Assembly: GCA_003176045.1 (NCBI GenBank)
Contig: PSRM01000182.1
Coordinates: forward strand, 11,298 to 75,297
DNA: 64,000 nt
Source: Verrucomicrobiota bacterium
Lineage (GTDB): Bacteria > Verrucomicrobiota > Verrucomicrobiia > Limisphaerales > UBA8199
Direction of reading: 5' to 3'
Shown: piece after piece, positions 8,705 through 18,061 of the stretch
Layout of the letters: each line of letters opens with the position of its first letter
Position numbering within the stretch: the stretch's first letter is position 1
Notes under the pieces: generated by a model
What the model was told of the DNA's origin: nothing
Seen by the model: the letters and a program-made list of their open reading frames with translations, nothing else
Databases searched by the model: none
Translations under genes and position numbers: made by a program

Positions 8705-11700
8705 TTGTCTTAAGTGGCAATCTGGCTTCAACCAGCGTGCCGGAACCTGGCTGGGAGTGAATTGTAATCTGTCCGCCGAGCAGCCGCACACGATCATTCA
8801 TTCCGGCCAACCCCATGCCATGGATTTTTCCAGCGCCGGACTGATGGCTGGCCGGATCGAAACCTTCGCCATTATCACGGACCCGGCAGTGCAAAAAACC
8901 GTCTTCGGACCAGGCGCGCACTTCGACAAAACTGGCGCGGGCATGTTTGACGACGTTGTTCAAACTTTCCTGGACCAAACGATAGAGGTGGATTTCCGCT
9001 TCCGGGGCCAATAGACCATCCAGTGGCTCGAATTGCGCCGACAAACGCAGGTCCGCGGGTTCGACTGCCAAACGGACAGCGTGTTCCAAAGCTTTGGTCA
9101 ATCCAAGGCGATCCAATTCCGGTGGCCGCAGCGCGTGACTGATGGTGCGCAACTCGTCGAGCGCTTTTGCCGACAGATTGGCAATCGCCGCCAGGTCCTC
9201 GCGCATTTCCTCGGCGGGCGCCGGCGGGGCGCATGCGAGCGAGGCTGTGTTCTTGATGACGAGCAGGTTTTGGCCAAGGCCATCGTGCAACTCGCCCGCA
9301 ATGCGCTTGCGCTCCTGCTCCTGCGACTCGATGAGCCGGCGGGAGAAATTCTGTTGGGCGGCGCGTTGCGCTTCAAGCCGCGAAACGCGGCGCCAGTAGG
9401 TGCCGACAACCATGCCGACGATGGCCAGCGCCGAGAGACCTCGAAACACAGCGGTTTGATGCCACGCGGGCAACACAACGAACGGCAGCGCTGCGCCCGT
9501 TTCGTTCCAGAAGCCGTCACAATTGGCTGCGAGCACCGTGAAATTGTAGTGGCCGGGGCCCAGGTGTGGGTAATAAGCGGCGCGGCGCGTGCCGGCCTCG
9601 AACCAATCCTTATCTACTGGCGCCAGCCGGTATTTGAAGGAGAGCCGTTCCGAATTGACGAAGCTTAGCCCGCTGTACTGAATTTCGATGTCAGCTTTGC
9701 CCGGCGGAACCCGCAACGGGCCCTCGATCGACTGCGGCTGACGGTCCACCACAAACGCTTCGATAACCACCGGAGGCGGGTTGGTATTGATGACCAACGA
9801 TGCCGGGTCAATCACCGCCACGCCTTCCTGGGTGGGAAACCACAGCTTGCCGTCACGCGTTTTCACACCTGCGGGCGAGCGCCCGCCATTGCACTCGCTG
9901 GTGAGCATGCCGTCGTTCCTGCCATAGGCAACAGAATTGATCGAGCGGCGGCGGCCTTCCGCAAACTCGTTCAGTTCGCGTTTGCGAACCCGGTAAATCC
10001 CGTGGGAGGAACTCATCCAGAGATTGCCGGCTGCATCCTCAAGGATTTGGAACACACCATCATCGAACATCCCCTCTCGGGTCGTGTAGCGGGTAAAGCG
10101 GTCCTGCTTTAAGCGCGCCAATCCTCCATCCGTGGTCCCGATCCAGAGTGTGCCATCCGTATCTGCGTACAGCGCGCACACATGGTCGCTCGGTAATCCC
10201 TCCTTTTCCGTCCAGTTGGTAAATCGGCCTTTTGTTATTCTCGTCAAACCGGACTGGCTGCCGATCCACATTGAGCCGCCTGCGTCTTCAGTGATTACGG
10301 AAATGGTTTCTCCGCAGAAACCGTCCCGGTTTGTATAGCTGGATAATTCGCCATTTCGGTAAGACCATAATCCGTGTTCGCCGCCGAACCATAGGACACC
10401 GGCATGGTCCTCATAGAAGGCGTTGACGCACTGGTTGGTTAATGGCACCGGGACATCTGCCAGATCGAGCCGGTCGCCCTGCAAAATGCCGACCCCTGCC
10501 ACCCAGCTAAACCACAAGCGGCCAGTTCGGTCCTGGCCCAACGCCGTCGCCTCGAATCGCATCCCTCCCAGACCGAAGTTTGTCACCGTGCCGGCCTGGA
10601 TGCGCGCCAGTCCCTGTCCCCAGAAGCCAAGCCAGACCGCTCCTGCGCGGTCCTCCAATACGGGGTAAATGTTGGGTGCGCGCAGCCCTTCCTGCATCGA
10701 GAAAACATTGGCGATTTGCTTGCGCGCGCGGAAGAGTCCACAGCCAACCGTTCCGATCCATAGATTGCCCTCCCGGTCCTCGAACAAAACCGTGATGCCA
10801 CTCTTGAACGGATTGTTTCCTTGTGGCAGTGGACTGGAGGATTGGGTGTTCGCGGAAGGATAACCGGTGAACACACCGTCCTTCAGCCGACCCAGCCACG
10901 GGCCCGCGGCGCCAATCCATACGTTGCCGGTGCGATCCTCACAGGCGATGAACTTATCCCAGGTGGCCAATATCTCGCGCGGCAAGCCGTCTGGCTGCCC
11001 GTAAATCTTCACGACCTTGCCCTCCCGAACCTTCACCAACTCCCCGCGCTCGGTCGCCAGCCACCAATTCTCGTATTGATCCGGGATCAGAAAGGTGACG
11101 CGGCTCGACGCCTCTTTCTCGACGCTAAAGGTCGTGAGTTTTCCGCGACTGAATACGTGGAACCGGTCTCCAACTTTCGCCCAAAAAATTCCCGCCGCTC
11201 TTCCCCGGAATGGCACGTTCGGCAGCGCTGCTCCATTGGCTTGCAGCGCAGGCCGAACGCGGCCATCCCTTAATTGCAGCACCTGACCACCAACACCGGC
11301 CCAAAGGTTTCCTTTTTCGTCACCCGAGATCGAGTCCACACTCCCGGCTGGCAGTCCCTCAGCAGTGCCAAATACACTGAATTTTCCGTTTTGGTAGCGG
11401 ATCAACCCACCTTCGACCAGTCCGATCCAAAGAGCCCCCTCGCAGTCCTCGTACAGCACCAACACACGATTGGACGGAAGGGCCGGCGTATTGGCGCGGT
11501 TAAACACCGTGAAGCGAACACCATCGAAGCGAGCCAGCCCATCGAGCGTGCCCACCCATAGATAACCATCGCGCGTTTGAACAATTGCGCGCACGTCGTT
11601 TCGCGGCAAACCCGAATCTGACGTCCACACGTCGAACCGATATTCGGCTAACACGGTGCAGGTTGCCAGGAACAACGCGCAAATCGCCAGACGCCACCAA

Positions 11701-11849
11701 CATCTGAGGGCTGTTGCTCGACGTTTGGTTCTAGTGGCGGCCACTGATCGAATTCTAACTCTGCGACTTTCGAGCGGAAGGAAAAAGAGTTCCAGAGCTG
11801 CCGCGGAGGCACATCTTAATTGTACCGTTAACCTGGACATTTCCCTCAC
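8700..11849 (-). CDS. Sensor histidine kinase: two-component regulator beta-propeller + Y_Y_Y + HisKA_3 + HATPase (start uncertain)
   Basis: QTRDGYLWVGT/EDREGNLWIGT propeller repeats, FKYRL...GHYNFTV, TM helix, ERKRIAGELHDGLGQ, NNVVKHA, DNGEGF, GMGL. Confidence 0.93.
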   Translation of the reverse strand: MREMSRLTVQLRCASAAALELFFLPLESRRVRIRSVAATRTKRRATALRCWWRLAICALFLATCTVLAEYRFDVWTSDSGLPRNDVRAIVQTRDGYLWVGTLDGLARFDGVRFTVFNRANTPALPSNRVLVLYEDCEGALWIGLVEGGLIRYQNGKFSVFGTAEGLPAGSVDSISGDEKGNLWAGVGGQVLQLRDGRVRPALQANGAALPNVPFRGRAAGIFWAKVGDRFHVFSRGKLTTFSVEKEASSRVTFLIPDQYENWWLATERGELVKVREGKVVKIYGQPDGLPREILATWDKFIACEDRTGNVWIGAAGPWLGRLKDGVFTGYPSANTQSSSPLPQGNNPFKSGITVLFEDREGNLWIGTVGCGLFRARKQIANVFSMQEGLRAPNIYPVLEDRAGAVWLGFWGQGLARIQAGTVTNFGLGGMRFEATALGQDRTGRLWFSWVAGVGILQGDRLDLADVPVPLTNQCVNAFYEDHAGVLWFGGEHGLWSYRNGELSSYTNRDGFCGETISVITEDAGGSMWIGSQSGLTRITKGRFTNWTEKEGLPSDHVCALYADTDGTLWIGTTDGGLARLKQDRFTRYTTREGMFDDGVFQILEDAAGNLWMSSSHGIYRVRKRELNEFAEGRRRSINSVAYGRNDGMLTSECNGGRSPAGVKTRDGKLWFPTQEGVAVIDPASLVINTNPPPVVIEAFVVDRQPQSIEGPLRVPPGKADIEIQYSGLSFVNSERLSFKYRLAPVDKDWFEAGTRRAAYYPHLGPGHYNFTVLAANCDGFWNETGAALPFVVLPAWHQTAVFRGLSALAIVGMVVGTYWRRVSRLEAQRAAQQNFSRRLIESQEQERKRIAGELHDGLGQNLLVIKNTASLACAPPAPAEEMREDLAAIANLSAKALDELRTISHALRPPELDRLGLTKALEHAVRLAVEPADLRLSAQFEPLDGLLAPEAEIHLYRLVQESLNNVVKHARASFVEVRAWSEDGFLHCRVRDNGEGFDPASHQSGAGKIHGMGLAGMNDRVRLLGGQITIHSQPGSGTLVEARLPLKTK

Positions 11850-11850
11850 G

Positions 11851-11959
11851 AGCGCCGGGTGAGGGCACCCGGCCTACAGGCGCAGCGCTTTGGACATGCA
11901 GGCCGAGTGCCCTCACCCGGCGCTTTGGGCATGTAGGCCGGGTGCCCTCACCCGGCGCT
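11851..11959. repeat. GTAG-type REP-like palindrome triplet (GTAGGCCGGGTGCCCTCACCCGGCGCT)
   Basis: Three copies, one inverted; a related copy lies in-frame at 38302-38329. Confidence 0.8.
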
Positions 11960-12187
11960 TTGGGCACGTGCTCCAAGCAGTAACGGGACTTTCAAGATAT
12001 GCCCCAAGGGGGCGGGGACGGCCTCGTCCCAGCAATGTCCGGGGGGAAGCACGACGGCCCTCTGCCGTTGTTCGCCTTCGAGGGCCGTCTCTGGCAGGCG
12101 GGAAACAACAAAAACCGCCTGCGACTCTGAATTAAGTTAGCCCAATGCGGCGAGAGTGGCCATGGGGCGAATGGCTGAGTTGAGATT

Positions 12188-12300
12188 ACTGACCCGCCTC
12201 CGCCCCGCTACGGCGCGGCAAGCCACTGACCACCGACCACTGACTACGGACTACGGACTACGGACTCGACGAAGTTCTCGACAAAGTTCTCGACAAAGTT
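12188..12300. repeat. Heptamer array (GACCACT/GACTACG) with an inserted 30-bp hairpin, followed by a 12-mer repeat (CGACAAAGTTCT)
   Basis: Directly visible tandem units just downstream of the hybrid kinase stop. Confidence 0.8.
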
Positions 12301-12315
12301 GCCCCTTCCCGCGGA

Positions 12316-14838
12316 TCACCCCTTGCCAACAGTGGCCAGGCGGCCGAGGATTTCGCGCAGTTCACGGACGCGCGGGGGCTTGCTCAGGAGGCCGTCCACG
12401 TGCTCGGGGATGTCGCCATCGGCGCGCATGAAGGCGCCCCAGCCAGTGAGCATCACGATCGGTGTGCGCGGCGATTCAGCTTTTAAAGTTTTGGCGACCT
12501 GCCGGCCATCTACAAAGGGCATGCCCAGATCGGTGATGATAACGTCGAAGCTGCGATTGCGTTCGGCCGCCACGCGGAAAGCATCAATGCCGGTTTGGCC
12601 GCCATCGGCTGTTTGCACGGTGTGGCCATCGGCCTCGAGCACTTCCTTAAGCAGTTCGCGCAGCAGCGGTTCATCATCAATGCACAGGATGCGCAAAGGA
12701 GGCGGTGGAAGGATTTCCTCCGGGTTTTGACCCAGCACCTTTGCTTTTCGAGGCAGAGGCAGGAAGAGCTGAATGCTGGTGCCCTGGCCTAATTGGCTGT
12801 TGATTTCAATCCGCCCTTCGTGCCGCTCCATAACGCCATAAACCATCGCCAGGCCAAGGCCTGTGCCCCGAGTGCCTTTGGTGGAAAAGAACGGCTCCAG
12901 ACAGCGCTGCCGCGTCTCGGTATCCATGCCGATGCCGTTGTCCGCCACTTCGAGAATGGCGTAGGTGGAACCGTCCTGTTCCACGTGAGGCAAAGGACTG
13001 AGCCGGGTGCCGATGAGAACCTGGCCGCCATTTGGCATGGCATCCAGGGCGTTGAGAATAAGGTTAGTCAAGGCTTCCCGCAGTTCGCTTTCGAGTCCGA
13101 GGATGGCGGGCAACCCGGACGTTAATTGCGTTTGCACTTCGACCATGATGCCTTTGCCCTGCGGGATGTCCCGCCAGCGGGGCCGGGTCATTTCAATGAC
13201 CTGTTCGACGAGGCGGTTTAGGTCCACCGGATGAACGGGCTCGCGCTCCTCCCGCCGGCGATAGAACTCGCGCAACCGCGCGACGATGTGGGCGATGTCC
13301 TCTCCGGCCGTGCGAATGTAAGTGAGCTGCTTTATTGCGTTTTGAGAGAGGTCGGGTTCATGCTGCAGGACCATTTGGGAAAAGCCGACCACCGGAGCCA
13401 GGGCATTGTTGATGTCGTGCGCGATGCCGCTGGCCATTTGCCCCAGGGCGCGCAGGCGGTCCTGTTGCATGACCGCCTGTTGGGTTTGGCGCAGTTCGTT
13501 GTACGCAGTTTCGAGCTGTTGATGCAGGCGGGCCTGGTGGACGGCGAGGGAGACCTGCTCGCTGAGCATGCGCAGGAATTCACATTCGCCGCTGCTGAAG
13601 CTGTCAGGTTCCGAGCGGGCCACAATTAGCAAGCCGAAGAATTTACCCTCGACGGTCAGGGGCGCTTTGACGGTGCAAAAGATGCCAGCGGCAGCAAGAT
13701 GTTGGGCCAGTTCGCCGGTGACCTGGCGGGTATCCGGCACATACAGGGTCTTGCCACTCATGCAATGCGCGTGCGCCGAGGCTGTCAATGTCACAAACCC
13801 GCCCTGAATCAAATCGAGTTTAGCTGCGCCTTTGACATCCAATTGCCGGAGGGCGGAAATCTTCAACCGCTCCGAATCCGGTTCGTAAAAGCCGATGAGG
13901 CCCATGTCCATGTGCAGGTGCTCTTCCAACTGGCGCAGCACAACCTGCTGGATGCGGGTGAGGTCCTGGCGCTCAGAGATGACCTGGGTGATTTTGTTGA
14001 GCAGACTGATGTGGGTTAATTGCTGGCGCATGCCCTGCTGGGCCTGGGCGCGCTCGGCAACTTCCGCTTCGAGCGCCTGAGTGCGTTCCTGGACGCGTTT
14101 TTCGAGTCTGTCATGGGCTTGTTGCAGGGCAGCGTCGCGCGCCTGAATCTGCTCGAGCATTTCGTTAAAGCCACCAATTAACTGGCCCAGTTCGTCATCG
14201 CTGCTTTGTGTGGCGCGCACCGAATAATTTTTCTGCAGGGACACCGAGCGGGCCGTGCCCGCCAGCTCAGATAAGGGCGCCGAAATGACCCGTTGGAGCA
14301 TCGCGGACAAGACCAGCGCGACTAGCGAGGAGAGCAGGACGAAAGGCACGATGATCTCGGTGTAGCGCACCAGCCGTTCGCGCCATTCCAGCAAATCGCT
14401 TTTGAGATAGACCTGCCCCAACTCCTCGCCATTAAACACCACCTGGTGGAACAGGACCAGGTGCTTGCGCTCGAACCGGGAACCGTTGGGCTCCGGGCGG
14501 CGGGGGGGAAGATCTTTGCTGGCTACATCGCGTGAATAATGCGCGAAAACCTTTCCCTGCCGATACAGGCAGGCAGTAACAATATGCGGCCGGGCCGCCA
14601 GTGAATGGAGGATTTCCTGCGCGTTGGCATCGTCCCCGAAACGCAACGACGCCGTGCTTTGATTGCCAATCAACTCGGCCAGCGACCCTAGATCGCGGCT
14701 CATCGAGAGTCGAAACGTGAACAACTCGTAGGCGACGAAAGCCCCCGCCATTAGCAACAGGGCGCAGAGGCTGACGCCCATGATCATGAGCACCAGTTTG
14801 CGTTTGATGGAAAGATTACTCAATGAGCGCCAGATCAT
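12316..14838 (-). CDS. Hybrid sensor kinase: periplasmic CHASE8-like sensor, HAMP, GAF, HisKA, HATPase, REC
   Basis: Two TMs, DELGQL HAMP, GAF-like segment, GIAHDINN, NLILNA, GTGLGL, ILCIDDE...ITDLGMP. Start set at ATG 14838, which overlaps the YfiR stop (ATGA). Confidence 0.92.
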   Translation of the reverse strand: MIWRSLSNLSIKRKLVLMIMGVSLCALLLMAGAFVAYELFTFRLSMSRDLGSLAELIGNQSTASLRFGDDANAQEILHSLAARPHIVTACLYRQGKVFAHYSRDVASKDLPPRRPEPNGSRFERKHLVLFHQVVFNGEELGQVYLKSDLLEWRERLVRYTEIIVPFVLLSSLVALVLSAMLQRVISAPLSELAGTARSVSLQKNYSVRATQSSDDELGQLIGGFNEMLEQIQARDAALQQAHDRLEKRVQERTQALEAEVAERAQAQQGMRQQLTHISLLNKITQVISERQDLTRIQQVVLRQLEEHLHMDMGLIGFYEPDSERLKISALRQLDVKGAAKLDLIQGGFVTLTASAHAHCMSGKTLYVPDTRQVTGELAQHLAAAGIFCTVKAPLTVEGKFFGLLIVARSEPDSFSSGECEFLRMLSEQVSLAVHQARLHQQLETAYNELRQTQQAVMQQDRLRALGQMASGIAHDINNALAPVVGFSQMVLQHEPDLSQNAIKQLTYIRTAGEDIAHIVARLREFYRRREEREPVHPVDLNRLVEQVIEMTRPRWRDIPQGKGIMVEVQTQLTSGLPAILGLESELREALTNLILNALDAMPNGGQVLIGTRLSPLPHVEQDGSTYAILEVADNGIGMDTETRQRCLEPFFSTKGTRGTGLGLAMVYGVMERHEGRIEINSQLGQGTSIQLFLPLPRKAKVLGQNPEEILPPPPLRILCIDDEPLLRELLKEVLEADGHTVQTADGGQTGIDAFRVAAERNRSFDVIITDLGMPFVDGRQVAKTLKAESPRTPIVMLTGWGAFMRADGDIPEHVDGLLSKPPRVRELREILGRLATVGKG

Positions 14839-15509
14839 GGTTGAATCGAAGGGGTCAGGATTGCAGCGACAAAACGCTTGCCACGAAATTTGTTGCAAGC
14901 CAATAGAAGTCTCGATACGCCCCCTGACAGAGTGCACGCGGCAAGGACGGTTGGGCGGGGAGCGAGGGCGGCGGTCTTTCGGCGAGCCAGATTGAGGAGC
15001 TTGGCGCTGATTCTCAGGCCCACTTGCCTGGCTGCAGCATCATTAATCTCGAACTTCACTTTCTTGTCTTCGATTAAAAAATTGATCACGCCGCCGGCGG
15101 CTGTAAAACCCTCCATCTTGCCTACGGTCAAGACGGGCGCTCCCTTGAGGCCGCTGAGCAGCTCGGCCAGGCGCTTCTGGTCGGAGTTTCCGGTGAACAG
15201 GATGTGGCAGGCGCGAGCGTCTGTGATCGGCCGCGAATCCAGGCGCATCATGCGAAGCCCTCGCCCCTGAACGGTTTTATTTCGAATGATTGCTTCCAGT
15301 TCCGCGGCGAGCGGATCTGCGTTTAACACCCCGATCACTACCGGGCTATCCGGTCCCGAGAACGCCGCTGGCGGCCACGCCACAAATTCGGCGAAGTGAT
15401 ACAAGTAGGCCGCTTCGACCTGATATTCGGAGGTGGCCGCCTCCTGGGCGCCAGCAGTAAAATCCCGCAGGGACGCGGCAATGAGCAAAGCAAATAAGGG
15501 GAATCTCAT
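14835..15509 (-). CDS. YfiR/DUF4154-family periplasmic protein
   Basis: EYQVEAAYLYHFAEFVAWP, CHILF, VLTVG, GGVINF, FEIN...ISAKLLNLA. Confidence 0.9.
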   Translation of the reverse strand: MRFPLFALLIAASLRDFTAGAQEAATSEYQVEAAYLYHFAEFVAWPPAAFSGPDSPVVIGVLNADPLAAELEAIIRNKTVQGRGLRMMRLDSRPITDARACHILFTGNSDQKRLAELLSGLKGAPVLTVGKMEGFTAAGGVINFLIEDKKVKFEINDAAARQVGLRISAKLLNLARRKTAALAPRPTVLAACTLSGGVSRLLLACNKFRGKRFVAAILTPSIQP

Positions 15510-15537
15510 GGTGCTCAGTGCTCTGGGCCTTGCTCTT

Positions 15538-17559
15538 TCATCGTTTCCCGCCGAACTGCCATGTTATTTGGCCATAGATTCCCCAGGGCACTTCCGTTCT
15601 TTGTGTGCCAACAAAAGTGGGAGCAAACTCGCCGTGATGGTCGTGCAAGAGGTTTTGGCCGACTACTGCCAACTCGAGGTCCGGCCTGGCGTGCCAGGCG
15701 AGACGGACGTCCAGGGCGACATAACTTTTCACGCTCAGCGCGGGCAGCTCGTCCACGTATCGCAGATTGGCGTCCAACGCCAGCCGCCACGGCAAGTCCA
15801 TCGAAGAGCGTAGGGCGGCCTGTTGTTGAGGGCTGTTCCCTTCCTCAAACGCGACGGAAGTCGTGTCGGTGCTGTCCGAAGCTGTGTGCAGATGCATTTT
15901 CAATAAGCTGTAGGCCGGGCGCAAACGCCACCAATCACAGACCTGCCATACGGCGGCCAACTCGAAGCCGTAAGTATAGCCATGAAGCTTGTTGTCCAGT
16001 GTTACAGGAATGAAAATTGGAATGGGCCCAGGCCCGGGCGCAAAGGGCGCGCCTGTTTCCTGGCTGCGGAGGCGGTCGTAGTCGTTGTAGAACGAGGCCA
16101 GGTCGAAGGACAGATCAGGTCGCGGCTGAATCCGGTAGCCCAGCTCGTAGGCGGTTAAAGCGTCCGAGTGATAATCGGGGTTGCCGGAAATCTGGATCAC
16201 CACAGGCGTCGGTGGCCTGGGCTGGTGCAACAAGACATCTTCGTCGGCCTGTGAAGGCGTGCGCACCGCGCGGGAAACCGCGGCCCAAATCGTCTGGTTC
16301 GCGCTGGGCGTCCAGAGCAGGCGTCCGTTGGGTTGGACTTCGAACCCAGTGAAATCGTTGTGTTCGAGTTTTGTGCCTAGCGTAAAACGCAACCGGTCCG
16401 GAACTACCGACAGTTCATCCTGAACAAATCCGCTGAACCAGTGCAGTGCTTTATCAGGTGGGTTGAAAGAAACGGTGGGCGTTGGGGCCGTGCGATTTGC
16501 GCTGAACCGGTAGGCCAGACCCCACATCACATCGTTTCGCTGGCCCAGTGCGAAACGGTGCTGCGCATCTATATCAAAGGTGTCCCGGGTTTCCTTGAAG
16601 ATGACTGTGTCCTGCCTCGTCCGATCGTAATACATCTGTAGTGTGAAGTCGGACGAGTCGGAAATCCGGTGCGTCCATCGGCCCAGCACGTTGCCGCCAT
16701 AGGTCCGATAATCATCCTGATGCGTGACCTGGTAGAAGGTTGGGAAATTGGATGGCGCATAGTTGGTGAAGGTTTGATTGGCTATGCTCGAGTAAATGTC
16801 GCCCTGGAGGGTAAACAGGTTTCCGCTCTGCTGCGTCAGGTCGTAGTCCATGCGAAATCCGCCCTGGCCCTTTTGCCAACTGTCGTCCGCTGAACTGCCG
16901 TCCGGAAGAACCGAATCAGCGCGATTAAAGTACTTTCCGTACACCCGCACATAGAGGTCCTGGGCAGGCTCAAAGCCGTATCGCACCCCGGCAAAACCAC
17001 GTTCTTCATTGCCTCCGCCTGCTGTGACCAACAGCCCCTGGGTGTCCTTTGCAGATTTTGTAATAATATTAATGACACCGTTCACCGCATTTGCGCCCCA
17101 CAGGCTGGCGCCCGGGCCGCGGATGACCTCGATGCGATCAATGTCTTCCATCAAGGTATCCTGCACGTTCCAAAAAACGCCGGAGAACAACGGGGTATAG
17201 AGACTGCGCCCGTCCTGGAGAACGAGGAGTTTGTTTGCAAAAATGTCGTTGAAGCCTCGGGCGCTGATGGCCCATTGCTGCTGGTCTGCCTGCGCCACGT
17301 CCAGCCCTGGAATCAGCCGAAGCGCCTCGGGAATGCTCGTCGCGCCGGAACGATGGATGTCCTCCTGGGTCAGCACCGCGATGGCCGCCGGCGTGGCCGA
17401 GAGTTTCTCCGGCCGCTTGCTGGGTGTGTACACCTGAATATCCAGCAGCTTCTCGATCGGCAAGTCCGCGAGATCCTTTTTGTCAGGCCCATTTTCCTGC
17501 GACCGCCCGGCAAAAGCAACACCCAGCAGGAAGGCCAGTACAACTGTAATGGCTTTCAT
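15538..17559 (-). CDS. TonB-dependent receptor (plug + barrel)
   Basis: SGATSIPEALRLIPG, LVLQDGR, IDRIEVIRGPGASLWGANAVNGVINIITK; aromatic beta-strand near the C-terminus. Confidence 0.95.
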   Translation of the reverse strand: MKAITVVLAFLLGVAFAGRSQENGPDKKDLADLPIEKLLDIQVYTPSKRPEKLSATPAAIAVLTQEDIHRSGATSIPEALRLIPGLDVAQADQQQWAISARGFNDIFANKLLVLQDGRSLYTPLFSGVFWNVQDTLMEDIDRIEVIRGPGASLWGANAVNGVINIITKSAKDTQGLLVTAGGGNEERGFAGVRYGFEPAQDLYVRVYGKYFNRADSVLPDGSSADDSWQKGQGGFRMDYDLTQQSGNLFTLQGDIYSSIANQTFTNYAPSNFPTFYQVTHQDDYRTYGGNVLGRWTHRISDSSDFTLQMYYDRTRQDTVIFKETRDTFDIDAQHRFALGQRNDVMWGLAYRFSANRTAPTPTVSFNPPDKALHWFSGFVQDELSVVPDRLRFTLGTKLEHNDFTGFEVQPNGRLLWTPSANQTIWAAVSRAVRTPSQADEDVLLHQPRPPTPVVIQISGNPDYHSDALTAYELGYRIQPRPDLSFDLASFYNDYDRLRSQETGAPFAPGPGPIPIFIPVTLDNKLHGYTYGFELAAVWQVCDWWRLRPAYSLLKMHLHTASDSTDTTSVAFEEGNSPQQQAALRSSMDLPWRLALDANLRYVDELPALSVKSYVALDVRLAWHARPDLELAVVGQNLLHDHHGEFAPTFVGTQRTEVPWGIYGQITWQFGGKR

Positions 17560-17811
17560 TTAAATTACCGAAATACGCCCTTTTTAAGCAGCTTATGTGC
17601 CCCTGTCCGGGGCCGGCGGCGTCTCGCCAGCGAGACGATTCATTGGGGGTTAGTATTCCGTCTGTGCAGCCGTGGTGGGAGTAGATCAGTAGCGGTTGGC
17701 AAGGGGTAGCTGTCCCATTTCGAGACACGCGCAAGCATTGGCTCAAACAGAACTCCGCTTGAACTCTCGCATCAGACGGAATGTGCCGAACTCCACACGG
17801 TTGCCGCGGCA

Positions 17812-17972
17812 GGGGCGTACGGATTTCGCGAAGCGTCTTGGAGTGCGCTCCCGAGCCATCAGGGGCGCTTTGGATCCTCTGGCAGAAAAAGCCAAAGCGG
17901 CACAGGAGTACAGGAGTGCCGCACTCCAAGACGCTTCGCGCGGCACGACGCGTACGGACTTCGCGAAGCGTT
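17812..17972. repeat. REP-like inverted doublet (GCGTCTTGGAGTGCG...GCACTCCAAGACGC)
   Basis: Inverted palindromic pair; the same family occurs at about 27405-27500 and in-frame at 42343-42443. Confidence 0.75.
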
Positions 17973-18061
17973 GAGCGGCATTCCCGCGCTTTCGTCTTTC
18001 AGCCGTCAATCACCCCGGCTTTGCTTGAACCTGCCCGTTTCGCCCTTTAGGATGCTCGCCG

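Noticed and set aside
17483-18050. Several short ORFs between the TonB receptor and RNB genes
   Set aside because: They are translations of a palindromic repeat cluster.
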